A stretch of 64,000 nt of DNA, from positions 1 to 64,000 of the forward strand of contig RSEE01000102.1 of NCBI GenBank assembly GCA_003971905.1, written 5' to 3'. Under the pieces are notes generated by a model. The model had not been told where the DNA came from. It worked only from the letters and a program-made list of their open reading frames with translations, and did no database searches. Of this stretch, positions 12,331 to 24,794 are shown in pieces; position 1 is the first letter of the stretch; every line of letters begins with the position of its first letter. Origin of the DNA: Moniliella sp. 'wahieum' (lineage: Eukaryota). A program made the translations under genes and the position numbers.

Positions 12331-13749
12331 AGCGGCAACGCTGGCGACATCAGACGAGGCCTGGACTGATGGCGATCTCGTCTACCCAGTGATGGTACAT
12401 CTTTACCTGCAAGTAGCTTCGAGCACAAGTGATCAGAACGTGCCGCGAAGAGAAAAAAAAGCAACAATGCACATACGCACGGTGTGTATACCCTCGTAGC
12501 GCACAACTGGTGTAGGCGATGTCATACCGTCGTACAATGCATTTCTTTGTCATCGGTGGTGCTCCCTTGGTCATGGTCCGCAGGCGGGCAGCACCTCGCC
12601 ATTTTGAGGTGGACAGAAGCGTAGGCAGGAGGCGTACCCGGGTGCCGTGCTCCCCCCTCAAACGGTGTGGTATTCTCGTCAGGCCGGCATATGAAGAAAG
12701 GAAAGTAGTGAAGCCGGGGGACTGAACAATCCACGTCTTTCCGTTTAGCATGAGCATATGCTAGTACTCGACCTTGGGCAGCGCGGACTGGACCATGAAT
12801 CAATCCCGATCCTCCCGGAGCAATCTCCCCACTGCAGCAGCGATGCTCTAGAACCTTGCTCTCAGGCCAGTACGCCCTCCTCCCGAAACTGAATCGGCCG
12901 AGTGAGTCAACAGGGCACAGGAGGTTGGAAGTACCCACGATTCAAGTTATTAGGTGGTCCTCCCGATCAAGTATGGTTCCTCCGGGCGACATGTCAGTGC
13001 TGCTTCATGGCGACAGAGAGTAAGAGACAGAGTGTAATACCGGTATCGAGGGGGGTGGACCATCGATACCACAAAAAAGTAGATGCTAACAATCAAGCGT
13101 CAGAGATCTACAGTTCCCAAAGCAAACAAAGTGTTCCTTTTGTTCACCCTCACGAAAGCAATGGATACAACTACACCTCTAGCCCCTGCGAGGCTGGTCC
13201 CACCGAAGGGCATTGTGGACGCCACCATTTTCAGGATGGATTCTCCTTTGTCACACGCCTGGCCAAATACTAGACGTCCCAGGACGACATTCGGTCCTCC
13301 GATTCGAATTTGGGTCCGTGATGGAGCTTAGTCGTTCACGCACTTACAATATCCCTTTTGACATCCGTCGTAGGACCGGCGAACACTGAGTCATGTGAGT
13401 CAGTTTTCATTGCTTCCGAGCACGCACCAGTCTTCTGGATGAGTCAGTCGCAGAAACCTTAGTCGAATACGACGACGTTCAGCGCTCACGCCCTGGGTAG
13501 TAGTAGCCACGCCGACACTCCCTCTTCTCGGAATTACTGGCTTCGGATCCGGGGAATAGGTCGTTGTGGTAGAATATTGATTGACCGTTCGACGTGGCCT
13601 AGGCGCGGCCGGCGTACACGCTAGGCTACTGGGTGCTCTATCTCCCTATACTATCCCTCAATCATTTTCCTACAAATATTATACAAAAAGCAATTGGGCT
13701 CTGACTTGTTGAGCTGAATGATGACCGGGTTCATCTCTTTGCCTCTGTG

Positions 13750-14430
13750 AGATCTTTCCCTCAGGGAGTTTGTAATTGGGTACACTGCATTGTTTTACTT
13801 TTCTAGCTTTTGGCTGTGCTCCTTCCTAGTGGAGTTCAGTCGGATAATCTTTCTCCGCAGGCTCCGCATTGCTCGCTGAGGACCGGGATGACCAACAGGT
13901 TCATCGTTTCTCTCTGTTCGCCTGTACATTGTCATTCCTTTATTGATCCTAACTGTGGTGCATGGCGTATCCCATGCTCTTTCCTTGTTAGTTGCGCTCC
14001 ACACATGGGGACCTGCCGGGTAACGGGCGGCAACCCTCCGCTGGCAAGAATAAACCAGTTAAAAAACTTACCTGTCGGATCTCGTCCGCCGCGCTTACAC
14101 TCTGTTTGTATTGTTTCTTTTCCTTAATTGGGGAAAATAGTTGTTGTGGCTCTATATGGGCCTTCGCTGATGGTCAAAATATCTCCCTAATGAGACACTT
14201 AAAACCAACGCTCTGCGATGACCGTAAAAATTTGTCCTTCATCCAGGCACCTGCTGCATTTCTTTCTAGCTTACCAAAACTGTCTCGGACCAGCTCCCAG
14301 ATACCTACACTCCCAGTCTTCCCGCTTCCAACATCCCTCAGTTTCCTGTGACCAATTGCCTGCTTGAGCATCACTTGCGACGTTAACCTCCCTAATGGGA
14401 GTGGGTCCTTCATGCGAACCAAGCCTCTCG
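13750..14430 (-). mobile_element. Possible degenerate Ty1/copia gag remnant
   Basis: SVGIWELVRDSFGKLERNAAGAWMKDKFL resembles the copia gag 'xLWxxLxxxFG' helix; AT-richer and full of stops; lies among other retroelement remnants. Confidence 0.3.
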
Positions 14431-15149
14431 GACCCTGTTGTTACAACGTTACGTTTCGTTGACGATGCACAATTACAGGGACTCTAACACACAAATCGTT
14501 AGACTTCTTTCACCCTCGGATTCTGGTCGCATGTCCACACCTTTGTCACACAGCCTGTTCCATCAAGATTAGTTGACGAGTTGAGAAAACAATCGAGCAG
14601 AAACTCCCCAGGCAGTTCCCGTCTCAATTACAGGCCGGACACTAGGCTAGGTTCTGAACAGAACTGATGAAATCAGAGTATGAGAAAAAAAAAAGAGCAA
14701 GTAATTGACTACCAACAATTGATGTCATCCTGGTTAACGGGCACTTGCAGATTCACATCTCTCAGCTACATCCCCCTGTTAATAAAACAGAGAGCTCGAT
14801 GCCAAGTTTGACCTAATATCACGTGTAGCCCCAACCACTCGCCTCAGCACCACGCACCTAACCCTACCATCAGGAACGGTGGCAACGGGGGCGAAGGTGG
14901 ACCGGTGGGAGGTGGCGAGCAAAGCACAAGCACCAAGCACTGACGGGCCGTAGGCCCGGGTGGTCCTCTAGTGGTATAAATACAGACATGCTGTCAAGTT
15001 AGTATGCCTATAATGTACTGATTCTTTTCAGGACAAATACCATTGACCCATTGTCAAGCAACCTCCGCTCCACTCACATGAGGGGAGTGATTGAAAATAT
15101 TAGAGTTCCACCGTAGTTGGAATCTGAAATGCGATAGTTTACAGTGACG

Positions 15150-16550
15150 GATATATTGTGTTGTATATTCGTGGCACCCCTAAAAAACCGGACGGAAGCG
15201 GTTTGCACCTGCCATCAATAATTGGCGAATTGAGGTATTGTTGCCAGAACTCGAACGATGTCTAAGGAATGGATGACAGCTGCTAACCCTTCCCACGACA
15301 TAGGGATTACAAGTTCGATTCTGGCGTTCGAACATATTTTTCAGTGTGTAGGTTGGTCGTAACGCACCGGGATTATATCTGTAAGGCCCAGAATACAACC
15401 ACGATGCCAGTTTGAGAAAGCAATTCCCCTAATAACATGAAGGATGAGTGTTAATGTTAATGTTCATCCAGTCAAATATCCGGAAAGGGAAATTTTACTC
15501 GAAATGCCATTGGTGGAAAAGGGTGGTGATGAAGGCAATGGGGGGTCGGCGCATGAAATACAGCCACATAAAAACCTGATACCCATCGCACACTAGTGGG
15601 TCTCACGTTCGATTGTGGGCGAAGAAAGTGTACAATTGTGTTAGATGCCAAATCCGTAGAATGAGGTGAACTCGACACCACATGGGATTTGAGCAGGAAT
15701 CTACGACAGTGACCTTGGTGTTCTGGTTGTGGTTCCGCTTTGTGGTTGTTTACTACCGTCATTGATTTCATCTCCGCGAGCTCGACGCTGAAAGGGGAAG
15801 GCGAAGTGAAAGACTTCATGCACTATCCTAAATGGTTCATCGTTCGTGCATTCCCCCCGTCGGCAGTCCACAATTCCAAAATCGCAATATTCACGGCATG
15901 ATAAGCTCCCAAAAGCTAAGCTCGTTATGTGCAGCTAATTGGAGATGGAGATGGTTAAAAAGCCATGCATTCACGGCATGTAATTCCCACAGGAAATATG
16001 CCTCCATTCACCAATGTGGGGTCAATCCATTCGGACAACACTCCTTCTCACGAGTGGAAATGGACCTTGTCACACTTTCGGGGCTTAGGCAATGGGAGAC
16101 CAGAGTCGAGACCTAGGTCAATGGATGTAGCAATCGTTCGTGTGGGGAAAAAGTACTAAAGAGCAGCGGACATGGTTCAAAATGTGAAGACAGAAACAGG
16201 GAAAGTGCGACAGTCTTGAAACGAAGAAGAAACAATCGGAAATGGGGGCGTGATCAGCCCCACTATGACATTGATCCTTTCAGGTCTCGTCTCCGGAACG
16301 GCGACGGGGGCGAGAGAGGCCGAGTCGGGTGGGAATGAGAGACAGAGGCTTCTCGGGCTTATCGGGTAGGGGGGAATGGAAACGGACCACCGGCTCGGCG
16401 TCATGAGACATGTCCACGGCGGATATACCCCACTTCCGCTCGTAGACGGGATAGCAGCTCTCGGAAATGAACGAAGTACGCAATGCGGCCCCCAGGGCAC
16501 TAGCGTGGAGAGTTGAGGACCTGTTCGACCTCTCGTGATGCACCACACCA
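15150..16550 (-). mobile_element. Degenerate Ty1/copia gag-protease-integrase remnant
   Basis: PTYTLKNMFERQNRT resembles copia integrase PYTPxQNGxxERxNRT; decayed knuckle CFFFVSRLSHFPCFC near 16200; FTSPSPFSVELA. Confidence 0.55.
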
Positions 16551-16559
16551 TAGTTTGAT

Positions 16560-18080
16560 ATTTAGGGAGAGGAGGCGGAGGCTCGATCATACCGGCAGAA
16601 GGGACCAGGTCACCCGGGGGTAGGCACACAAGCAGGACACACGAAACACGTCACCTTGGAGGAGGTGTAGGTAGTTGTCAGGAAGGTGGCTGGTACGCGC
16701 GCGGACCACGGCGCGGACAAGGGAAAAGGGGCCGAGTAATGAGATCGTCGAGGCCGGCAGAAGGTCGCTGTCGTGGCTAGACACATGCCCGTCCTGGCGG
16801 ACCAGTTAAGACAAGCTGGCCAGCAGTGAAGGAAGCCGCCTCGATGCGCTGTGGTGGCATAGTGCTTAGTTGTAGCGTTCTTGAGCCGCGGTGAGCGTCT
16901 GGCAGGCGCGCAGCTGAGCCAAACGCAAATCCTCAACATACGACGCAGCGGGGCGCGTGCGAAGTGGTGGGCTTCAAACTCCCCAGGGGGAGTAACCATA
17001 TATGAGGACAAAAGGGGGCTGGTGGATGCTCGAGTGGGAGGAGGAGTTGTAGGCAAGTTCGGCCGTGGAGAGGAGGTCGAACCAATTTGGACTGTGCTGC
17101 TCGTCGATGAGGTAACAGCGGAGGTCCTGTTTGAGGACCTGGATGAGGCGTTCGGTCTGGCCGTCGGTCTAGGGGGTGGTACACAGTGCTGAGGCTCGAC
17201 TTGATGTGCAAAAGGCGGCACCAATTCTTGCCAGAAGGGCTCGTGAAGGTCGGTCCCGACCACGCACCAGATTTCGAGAAAGGCCATAATATAATAGTAG
17301 CGAAAAAAAACGTGGTGTACAAACAGGGGTGCGAGCTGTGGTGCGGTGTCCGTCGTGTAGACATGAATGAAGTGACCCATTTTGGTGAACCGATCCACAC
17401 CACCAAAAGCGCGTCGGAAGCATCGAATCGGGGGAGTTGGGTAATGTGGTCCATCGTCAAGTGGGTTCACGGGCCTTGGAAGGGGGAAAGGGATGGAGTA
17501 GTCCGGAAGGGTGGTGGAGAGGCGCTTTGGTCCATTGACAGAGGTCGCACGAGCCCACGTGGGCTCTCACATCGGCTGACAGGCGGGGCCACCAAAACTG
17601 AGCGCAAACATAGGCCAACGTCTGCACGCCCTCCGTGCCTGCTAAGGCCGAGTCGTGGTGGTCTTGATGGAGGATGGCAACGCGATCGGGGTGGTCGGCA
17701 GGGACGTAGACCTGGTTAGCGTGCTACAAAAGATTGCGGTCGCGGACCGTCAAGGCATGGTAGGGAGGGTGCCAGGCTGTGGCAAGGGACCAACGAGGAA
17801 CAAGGATCGCGGGACAACAGTTGGCGAATGCGCTGTCGGATCTCGTCGGCAGACCCGCGCCCCACCGCCGGGTCCCGGGGTCCGCGCGCGAAGAGATCGA
17901 GGGCGGTGGCAGGATGTGGGACACGGGCTCTGGCGGGGGTTCAATAGGCGGGGACGGGCGAACGTAGCAATGGCCTGATGGTCTGTACATACTTGGACAG
18001 TCTCAATGACAGCCCTCAAGACCAGCACTCTTGCATCCACGGACGTGCGCAGGACCAGACACGGCCTTGGTGAGGAAGTC
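16560..18080 (-). mobile_element. Degenerate Ty3/gypsy RNase H-integrase remnant
   Basis: VCTDHQAIATFARPRLLNPRQ (RNase H); MDHITQLP..DALLVV/VDRFTKMGHFI, SLSTVYHP (integrase); LLGPFSLV...VFRVSCL (GPY/F). Confidence 0.85.
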
Positions 18081-18189
18081 GACCACCATGGACCGGGGGG
18101 ACAATACTCGTATACCGAATTGTTCCCTTCACCCATTCGCGGATTACCTTTAGCGCAACGTCGGGCTGCAACCATGGTTTAGGGTAAGA

Positions 18190-19460
18190 GCCGGCTGATT
18201 GACCACTTTGATGGTCATGCCTGTTTGGCTCATCCCAAAGTCCTGCGATCTTGAGCGGATGCTTTGGGTCCGCTTCCATCAGCCACCGTGAACACGTAGC
18301 CTCCACACGTGCGATCCAAAACTCTTGAGCGAAATCGGCGTCCGTGCATCCCTGGATTACCTCGATGGGCTGACGGGTGTGCGCCACTGGCTAGAGTTGG
18401 TGACCGACTACGTGAGGACGAATCCGGTTCACGACTAGCCATGACTGCTTGGTCTCGGGTTGGCAGACTGCCCCACAAATCGAGCAGCAAACGCACTGTC
18501 CAGACGAGCGCCTTGGGTCGCATACTCGATCGATCCCAGTGACTTGGCCTCCACCACAATGCGCTTGGGATTGGTCCCGTCCTCCTCCTCCTCAGCCCAC
18601 TTGTTCGCACGCACAGCACTGACCACCGACTTGGTCACGGCCGCAACTGCGGCGTGTCTCCCCCACAAGGAGCTGCGCCGCCCTGGGAGATTGGTCCCGA
18701 TTCAGGCGACCACCAACCCGGTTGTATTCCACCTTGAGTTCCCGCCATTTGCTGAATCGGGTCGAGAGGCTTGACCACAAAGAAATCGTTCAGTGCACGG
18801 TGGATACGAGGCAACGCGTCGTCACTCGGAGAGGCAGCAGCAGCAGCAACGTCGTCAACCCGCACAACAGGTACACAGGCTCCGGACCGTCCTTGATGTC
18901 GAGGCACGCATCGGTAAGCGAAGAACGAACGTCTAGCGTGGGCAACGCTGCCGCCAAGGTTGTGTACCAGGCGCGCGGGGAAGAGCGTAGTCCGTACAGC
19001 GCCTTCTCCAACTTGGCCACCTGTGGCCAACCCCACTGGCTGACGCACATCACGGGCGTGTCCAATTTCCCATTGAGAACGGCCCTTCCACATCCCACGC
19101 CCGAAATCTGGTGTGCTGGCTGACACGACACAGCCCGCAGGAACCACAGAGATTCAATGCGCGCACCTGGCTTGTACACAGTGCCCCGCGTTGCCGTGGG
19201 ACCAGGGCCGAATAAAGCCAGGAGCAAAACCAAAAGGCGTGCCTGGGTCGACACACTGATGACACTACGCCCATCCCGCTTCCATGTGAAGAGCTACTTA
19301 GTGTCCACCGCCACCTCTCCCTGCGGGAGAAGGGAAAAGCTCGCCCTAGGCCTGCATCTGGGGCAGCAGAGACTTCTCACGCTTGGCCACCGCCAGATAG
19401 GACGATTGGTGCCTTTCATAGCCTCGTCCACAGGTCTTTTGGGCTCGCTCTCACCGGCAA
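18190..19460 (-). mobile_element. Degenerate Ty1/copia RT-RNase H remnant
   Basis: EAMKGTNRPIW..LLPQGEVAVDTK*LFTWKRDG..QARL, KLEKALYGLRSSPRAWYTTL..TDACL, GSIEYATQGARLDSAFA, QGCTDADFA. Confidence 0.85.
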
Positions 19461-20086
19461 GAGAAACGAGACCAAAGGCAATGCCCCCCCCTAGCGCCGT
19501 CCTCCTCATCTTAGACTCTCCAGGGGCAGTGGTGGGAGGAAGTGAAGCGTGGGGCGATTGCCAGTGCACAAGCACGCGAGAGACCCGCGTGGGAACCCAC
19601 GCTCATCGCTCCACCTGGGTCGCATACTATAATCCTCGACCGAACTGCTCGCCCCTGAAGACCCGGACGGAAAGAAGCGCGCTGCGGCTCACCGTCTCCA
19701 CCACACCTGCACCTTACTTGCTGTTGCTCCTCTGCCTGTGCCTGCTGCTTGGGCATGAAAACAGGGGTCCCGCTGGCTCGCTGCGATGGATGGGGGGCGT
19801 ATACGATACGATAGGTTATACGAATGAGATGTGAGATGTGAGACCAGCCGCGCCAAGACGACGAGGCGGGTGGCGGCACACTGCCCCCCTGCCTCTCGTC
19901 TGCGGGGCATCGCAGAGGCACTATGGCGCAGGACGCCGGACTGCCGGGGGGGCTTGCACGTGCCGCGTGATGTGGCATGTGATGTGGCATGTGATGGCAG
20001 GGCAGGGCCGAGCGACTAGGTAGCTAGCAACGCCCCAACCACAACCACAATAACCACAACCACAACACCTAAGGCGTAACCCCGCC

Positions 20087-21180
20087 ATGGCGCCCCGACG
20101 ACAGGAACTGACGGCGGAGCAGATTGAGCTGCGGCGGGTGCGCGCCGCGAGCAGAACCGTCTGGCCCAGCTGCGTCTCCGCCTCCGTCGTCGCCGTCTGC
20201 GTGCCCCACCTCCCATGTGGAGCTGCCCGCCGCACCACCACCACCACTCCCGCCTGCCTTGCCCCCCCCCTTGCCCCTTCCCCAGCAGCAGCACGTGCCC
20301 AGCGCCGGGCCGCTGGTGGGATCTTCCTCCGGCCTTCCCTCCGCGTGGGCCGTGTGGACCCCGTGGATGCAGCCGCCCTCGAGCCAAGCGGACGCTGGTG
20401 CGCTCGCGTTCGCCGCCCGCGCACGTGGGATCTGTCTCGTCTGGTTGTTGGCAATGCGTGGGGCGACCAGCGGCTAATGCCGTCGTTTGATGTATCCTAT
20501 GTATTCGACACGTTAGGAGCGCGACTTGGGGTGGGCCAAGGCGGTAGGGACGACGACATGTCACTGTCGTACCTAGCTGAGGACTATGCGTCTGGGCGGA
20601 AGTGCACTGGGACCGACTTCCTGCGCAGTACGCGCCAAGCAAGGTATCTGCCCTTGTGCCGCACCACTTTTCCTTGACGCGTTCCCTGGCCCGAGGTGCG
20701 CGAGCGCATCCTGCTGGGGATCTTGTGCGGGTACTTTTCCGAGCTGGACCTGTGTGTGGAACTGTGGGGCGGGGAGAGTGCCAATCCATGGGACACGGCC
20801 TACTGCGTGCACGGTGACGACCCATTGGATCCCGAAGCGTACGAGTTGAGCCAGGGCTTCGTTTCCCGCTGGGGTTCCTCTTGACACGTACGTCTCTCCC
20901 CATGCTCATCTACTTTTCTTTCTTCTTCTTCTTCTTCCTGCTTGGACCCACTGGCTGGACGCTGACCCGGCCCGACTGCCCACTTGCAGCTTCCATCCTT
21001 CGCCGGACCAACTGGTGGCGGCGACAACGCGGCCTAGCCAACTTGGCCGTCACACCGAACCGGGCATGGCCGTGCCTCAGCTCGTCTCCCAGTCGTATCT
21101 CCGAAGTGGCCGAGGAGGACGAGCGCGATCGGCCAGCCAAACGCGCCCGCGAAACGTCCGTACCAACGACTACGACGTAA
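20087..21180 (+). CDS. bZIP-type basic region + DUF3425 domain putative transcription factor (frameshifted; intron ~20887-20989)
   Basis: RREQNRLAQLRLRLRR basic region near the N-terminus; PWPEVRERIL..ELDLCVEL..CVHGDDPLDPEAYELSQGFVSRWG and ILRRTNWWRRQRGL match the DUF3425 pattern. Confidence 0.72.
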
Positions 21181-23248
21181 CGTGTAGTCTGCCCCCCGGC
21201 TCTGGTGCTACTTGTCACTTGTCACGTCGCGTGTGGCCGCACATGCACAGGACAAGAGATAAAATGGCTACTGATGTACTGATCTTGGTCTGTATTCAGT
21301 AATCACGAGTTACGCGTCGGGGCCTGGGCCGGGGGTTGCCTAGGCCTACGAGTAGAGTGACTTGATTTGACTTGATTCTGCTGTCCCCCAAAACCCCACA
21401 GCGCAGCAACGGCCCTGTACCGCTCTCCCTCCTGTCGATTGGTGTTTGTTTCCCCTCAGGCCTCAGGCCATGCATGCCCCCCCCCCCCCCCCCTACCCCC
21501 TTTCCATGCATATCTCAGTGGAGTGGTGGCACGCCTGTGCAGGTACAAGAACCTAGCCCGTGCTGGACCATGCGTCTCTTTCAGGTGTTTGATTTCTTGG
21601 TCCCCCCTCCCTGTGGCCATCGTGGATGGCTGATGGCCAGAGGATGGCCTACTTTGGCCTCCTATTTATTGATCTTAGCGGCCATTCTCCCATCTCGGCC
21701 ACGTCAACCACAAGCCGTAACGCGTAACGTAGAGTTCAACTTGGACGTCAGGCCCTCTGGGGCATGCGACATGCGACATGCGACAGTCACACTTCCTGTG
21801 CAGCTTGAAGCTTGAATTAAGCTCCACCAACTCGGTTTCTTGAAAGAGGATATGATTGGACTTTGTTCTTTCTCTCGTTCTGGCCCGCACGTGGGACGGA
21901 TTCCCAGACTAGCGTCTCGCATCTCGCATCGGTTCCGTAATGCGTACTGTTTAATTGCAGAATAGTAAATTCCCGCCTGCTGGGGTCTGGCCGGACTGGG
22001 GCAAGTCTGGTGGGCACGGGGGGAAGATGAATATTGAATGTGGATGATACGGACGAAGATTGTGGGTTAGGCTTAGGAGCTTAGGGCTGGCTAAGAGTCT
22101 ATTCGGTTCGGTTCCCCATATCTATCCACCCCCCGCCGTCACACGACACACGACACACCACATACCACATACCACTTTTGGGCGTCGCATTTGCCATGGC
22201 CGTTATTAAATTGGCCAAGACGAGTGCGCCTGATCAATACCTCGGCGCTGGCTGATTAATTGATGCCAATTGAAGATGAGTCGATGAGATAGATCTGAGA
22301 AAGCACCGTCGAAGCAGCGGCGGCGGTTTCGCCGGGCCGTGCCAAGCGGCGCGCCAGTCCGGCGTACTGAGGGTCTGATTAATGATTGTACAGAGTGACT
22401 AAGTGACTAGCTGAGCTCTTGCCATTGCATCAGCAAGGCAGGCAAGGCCCAAGCCCAGCCAGCTAATGCGCTACTGGCTGCTGCCTGGCTGTGTCTGTCC
22501 CCACCACCTGTCACGCATGCCGCTCCTAGTCACGCGTCACTCGTCACCCTCCCCTCCGCCCAGTGTGTGCCCCCGTGCCCCACCTCGCCAATCTCACGCT
22601 ACTATCACCGATTCCCTCGCGGGTGCGTTGCTGTGCCTGCGGGGGGCGGCGGGACGAGGGCACGCGATAATCGATACTCGATACGGCGTGCACCCGTATA
22701 TCGCCTGTTCGCCCGAAGAGTGGGGGGCCATCGCCCCGGCCCATCCCTATGGCCCAGGCCCAAACCTATGAACTAGGCCTGCCCATTCTGCTAAAATTTC
22801 TATGCTAAACCCCGCCCCTAAGGCCTAAAGGCCTAAGGCCTAATGCGCCGACCCATCAGGCACTGCGTATCAGTACTCCCACGAGTGACTAGATTAGATT
22901 TATTTAGATTTGTCGCCGGGCAGCAGGCATCTGAGACGGCCAGTGCGCAGCGGCCCGCCGATTTCCCCGTCGGATGGTTCACCATTCCTATTAACCCTTC
23001 ACCCTTCACCGTTCAACTTGATTCAACTTGAACTGTCAAGTTCAGCACTCCAATATCCTAGCGCGTACCTGTCCTGTCCTGGGCTACTGCATGGCAGCCC
23101 CCCGCTCCCGCACGGGCGAGATAAAAAGCCCCGCCTGCTGCACCACCACTGGCTCTTCTTCCCACCCCCCATCTCTCCACCTTCTCGTCTGCGCTTTGCA
23201 CCACCCAACCACCCTTAACCACCCTTAGCCACCCTTAACCACCAAACC

Positions 23249-24192
23249 ATGAGCCAAGCTACAACTCTCCGTGCGCCCGTCCTCCCGCGGGGGTGGTGCG
23301 GCGCACCGCGCTGGAACCGGCTCGAGCAGGGGATCGGGGTAGCGATTGCGCGCAGCTAGGTTCGCAGGGGTTCAACGTGGGCCTAACCGTGCGTCCGGGG
23401 GAAAGCCGGAGGTGGTGGAAGGGCTGAAGGAGCAGTTGGAAACTGTGTATGGAGTGGAAGCGGAGATTTTCGTTACGACTTTGGTGCGCCGAGTGAAGCT
23501 GCACCTGTTTTGCTCGAGGCGCACGTGGCTGGTTTGGACGGTTGGACGTGTTGTGCAACAATGCCGGTTGGGGAGCGTTTTGCGCCGACGAAGTTTATGC
23601 GGTTGGGCGAGAGACGGCGAGGGGAGCAAGACGCAGGGTACGCAAGCGGAAGTGGATGCGGGGATAAGTTTCACCGGGGCATGGCGGTCAACTTTGATGC
23701 GCCAGTGTTGCTTTCGTTTTTGGCAGCCAAGCAATTTGCAAAGCAAACTCCACCGCAAGAGTGGACGCGCGATACCGAGGGTTCGGCCGACCTCGAAGCC
23801 AACTTTTACACGTCGCATGGGGCAACGGACGGATCATTATGACCAACTCGGTGCATGGTCTAACGCCGTTGCCCAACAGTTCGATCTACACGTGTGCCAA
23901 GCACGCGCTGCGTGGTCTGACGGTATTCTTGGCGTCCGAAACTGGGCCACCAGGGCATCACGGTCAATGGCGTCGCACCGGGCATGATTGCTACGCCTCA
24001 GACGGAGATTGATCCGACGCAGGTGGAGCAGTTGCCCAAACCGGGCCTGTTTGTCCCGCGCGCAGGACGCCCGTCGGAAGCAGCGGCAACAGTTGGCTTC
24101 CTAGCCTCCTTGGGCGCACGCTACACCACTGCCCAGACGATCCACTGATGGCGGGTTCACCATGGTCAACCCGCAGTTTTACGGGCTGTAGC
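23249..24192 (+). CDS. Short-chain dehydrogenase/reductase, YohF-like (intronless, frameshifted)
   Basis: TGSSRG, GFNVGLT, YGVEAEI, GRLDVLCNNAG, GRIIMTNSVHGLTPLPNSSIYTCAKHALRGLT (YxxxK), ITVNGVAPGMIATP, YTTAQ..DGGFTMVNPQF. Confidence 0.85.
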
Positions 24193-24794
24193 GCGGGAAC
24201 CTCCCCTAACCCCGCCCCTTCCGGTGCCACGCACAACAGAGACGTTTTCGTTGGTAAATATTCAATGCACAGACACTGCCGCAGACACATTGGATCTGTT
24301 GTGGGGGGGGAGACGCAGCGGGGGCAATAGAATCTCGAGTCGACGTAGACACTTTGTCGAAAAGGAGCCAGCACCTCCCCCGCCAGGTTCATTGGGAGCA
24401 AGAACCACAAGGGAGCAGACCATCAGCCGGAGAGTGGAGATAACAACCCCAGGCACCAATCATTAATCACCAGTGCTAGTCACGCGTCACTGGCCAGGCG
24501 AGACACTGGTGATGTCACCGGGCAGCCGCCTGAATGGGCGGCGAAAGCGCCGCTTGGGGGATTCTGAAATGTACGCCCGCTGGGGGATGGTCGATGGGAT
24601 GGGAATGGGAATGGGACGGCGTAACGCGTAATGGTAATCGTAATCATGTATCGCTGCCCCACCAGCGGGGGGGAGTGTGCCGTGCGTACCGGCGGCGGGA
24701 AGCGCGGACAGACCGCCGAGTTTGAGCGGCGCCCATCCGCCGCTCTTACTTTTACTCTTACTCCTACTCTTACTCTTGCTCCTCCTTGCCCACC

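Noticed and set aside
14660..14700. CTGATGA suggesting a hammerhead ribozyme or C/D box
   Set aside because: The required stems and GAAA core arrangement, or a matching D box with terminal stem, are not evident
14824..15100. Possible second solo LTR (TGTAGC..TATAAATA..CTCACA), or PPT GAGGGGAG followed by TG
   Set aside because: No matching TSD and no second copy in the window; boundaries cannot be supported
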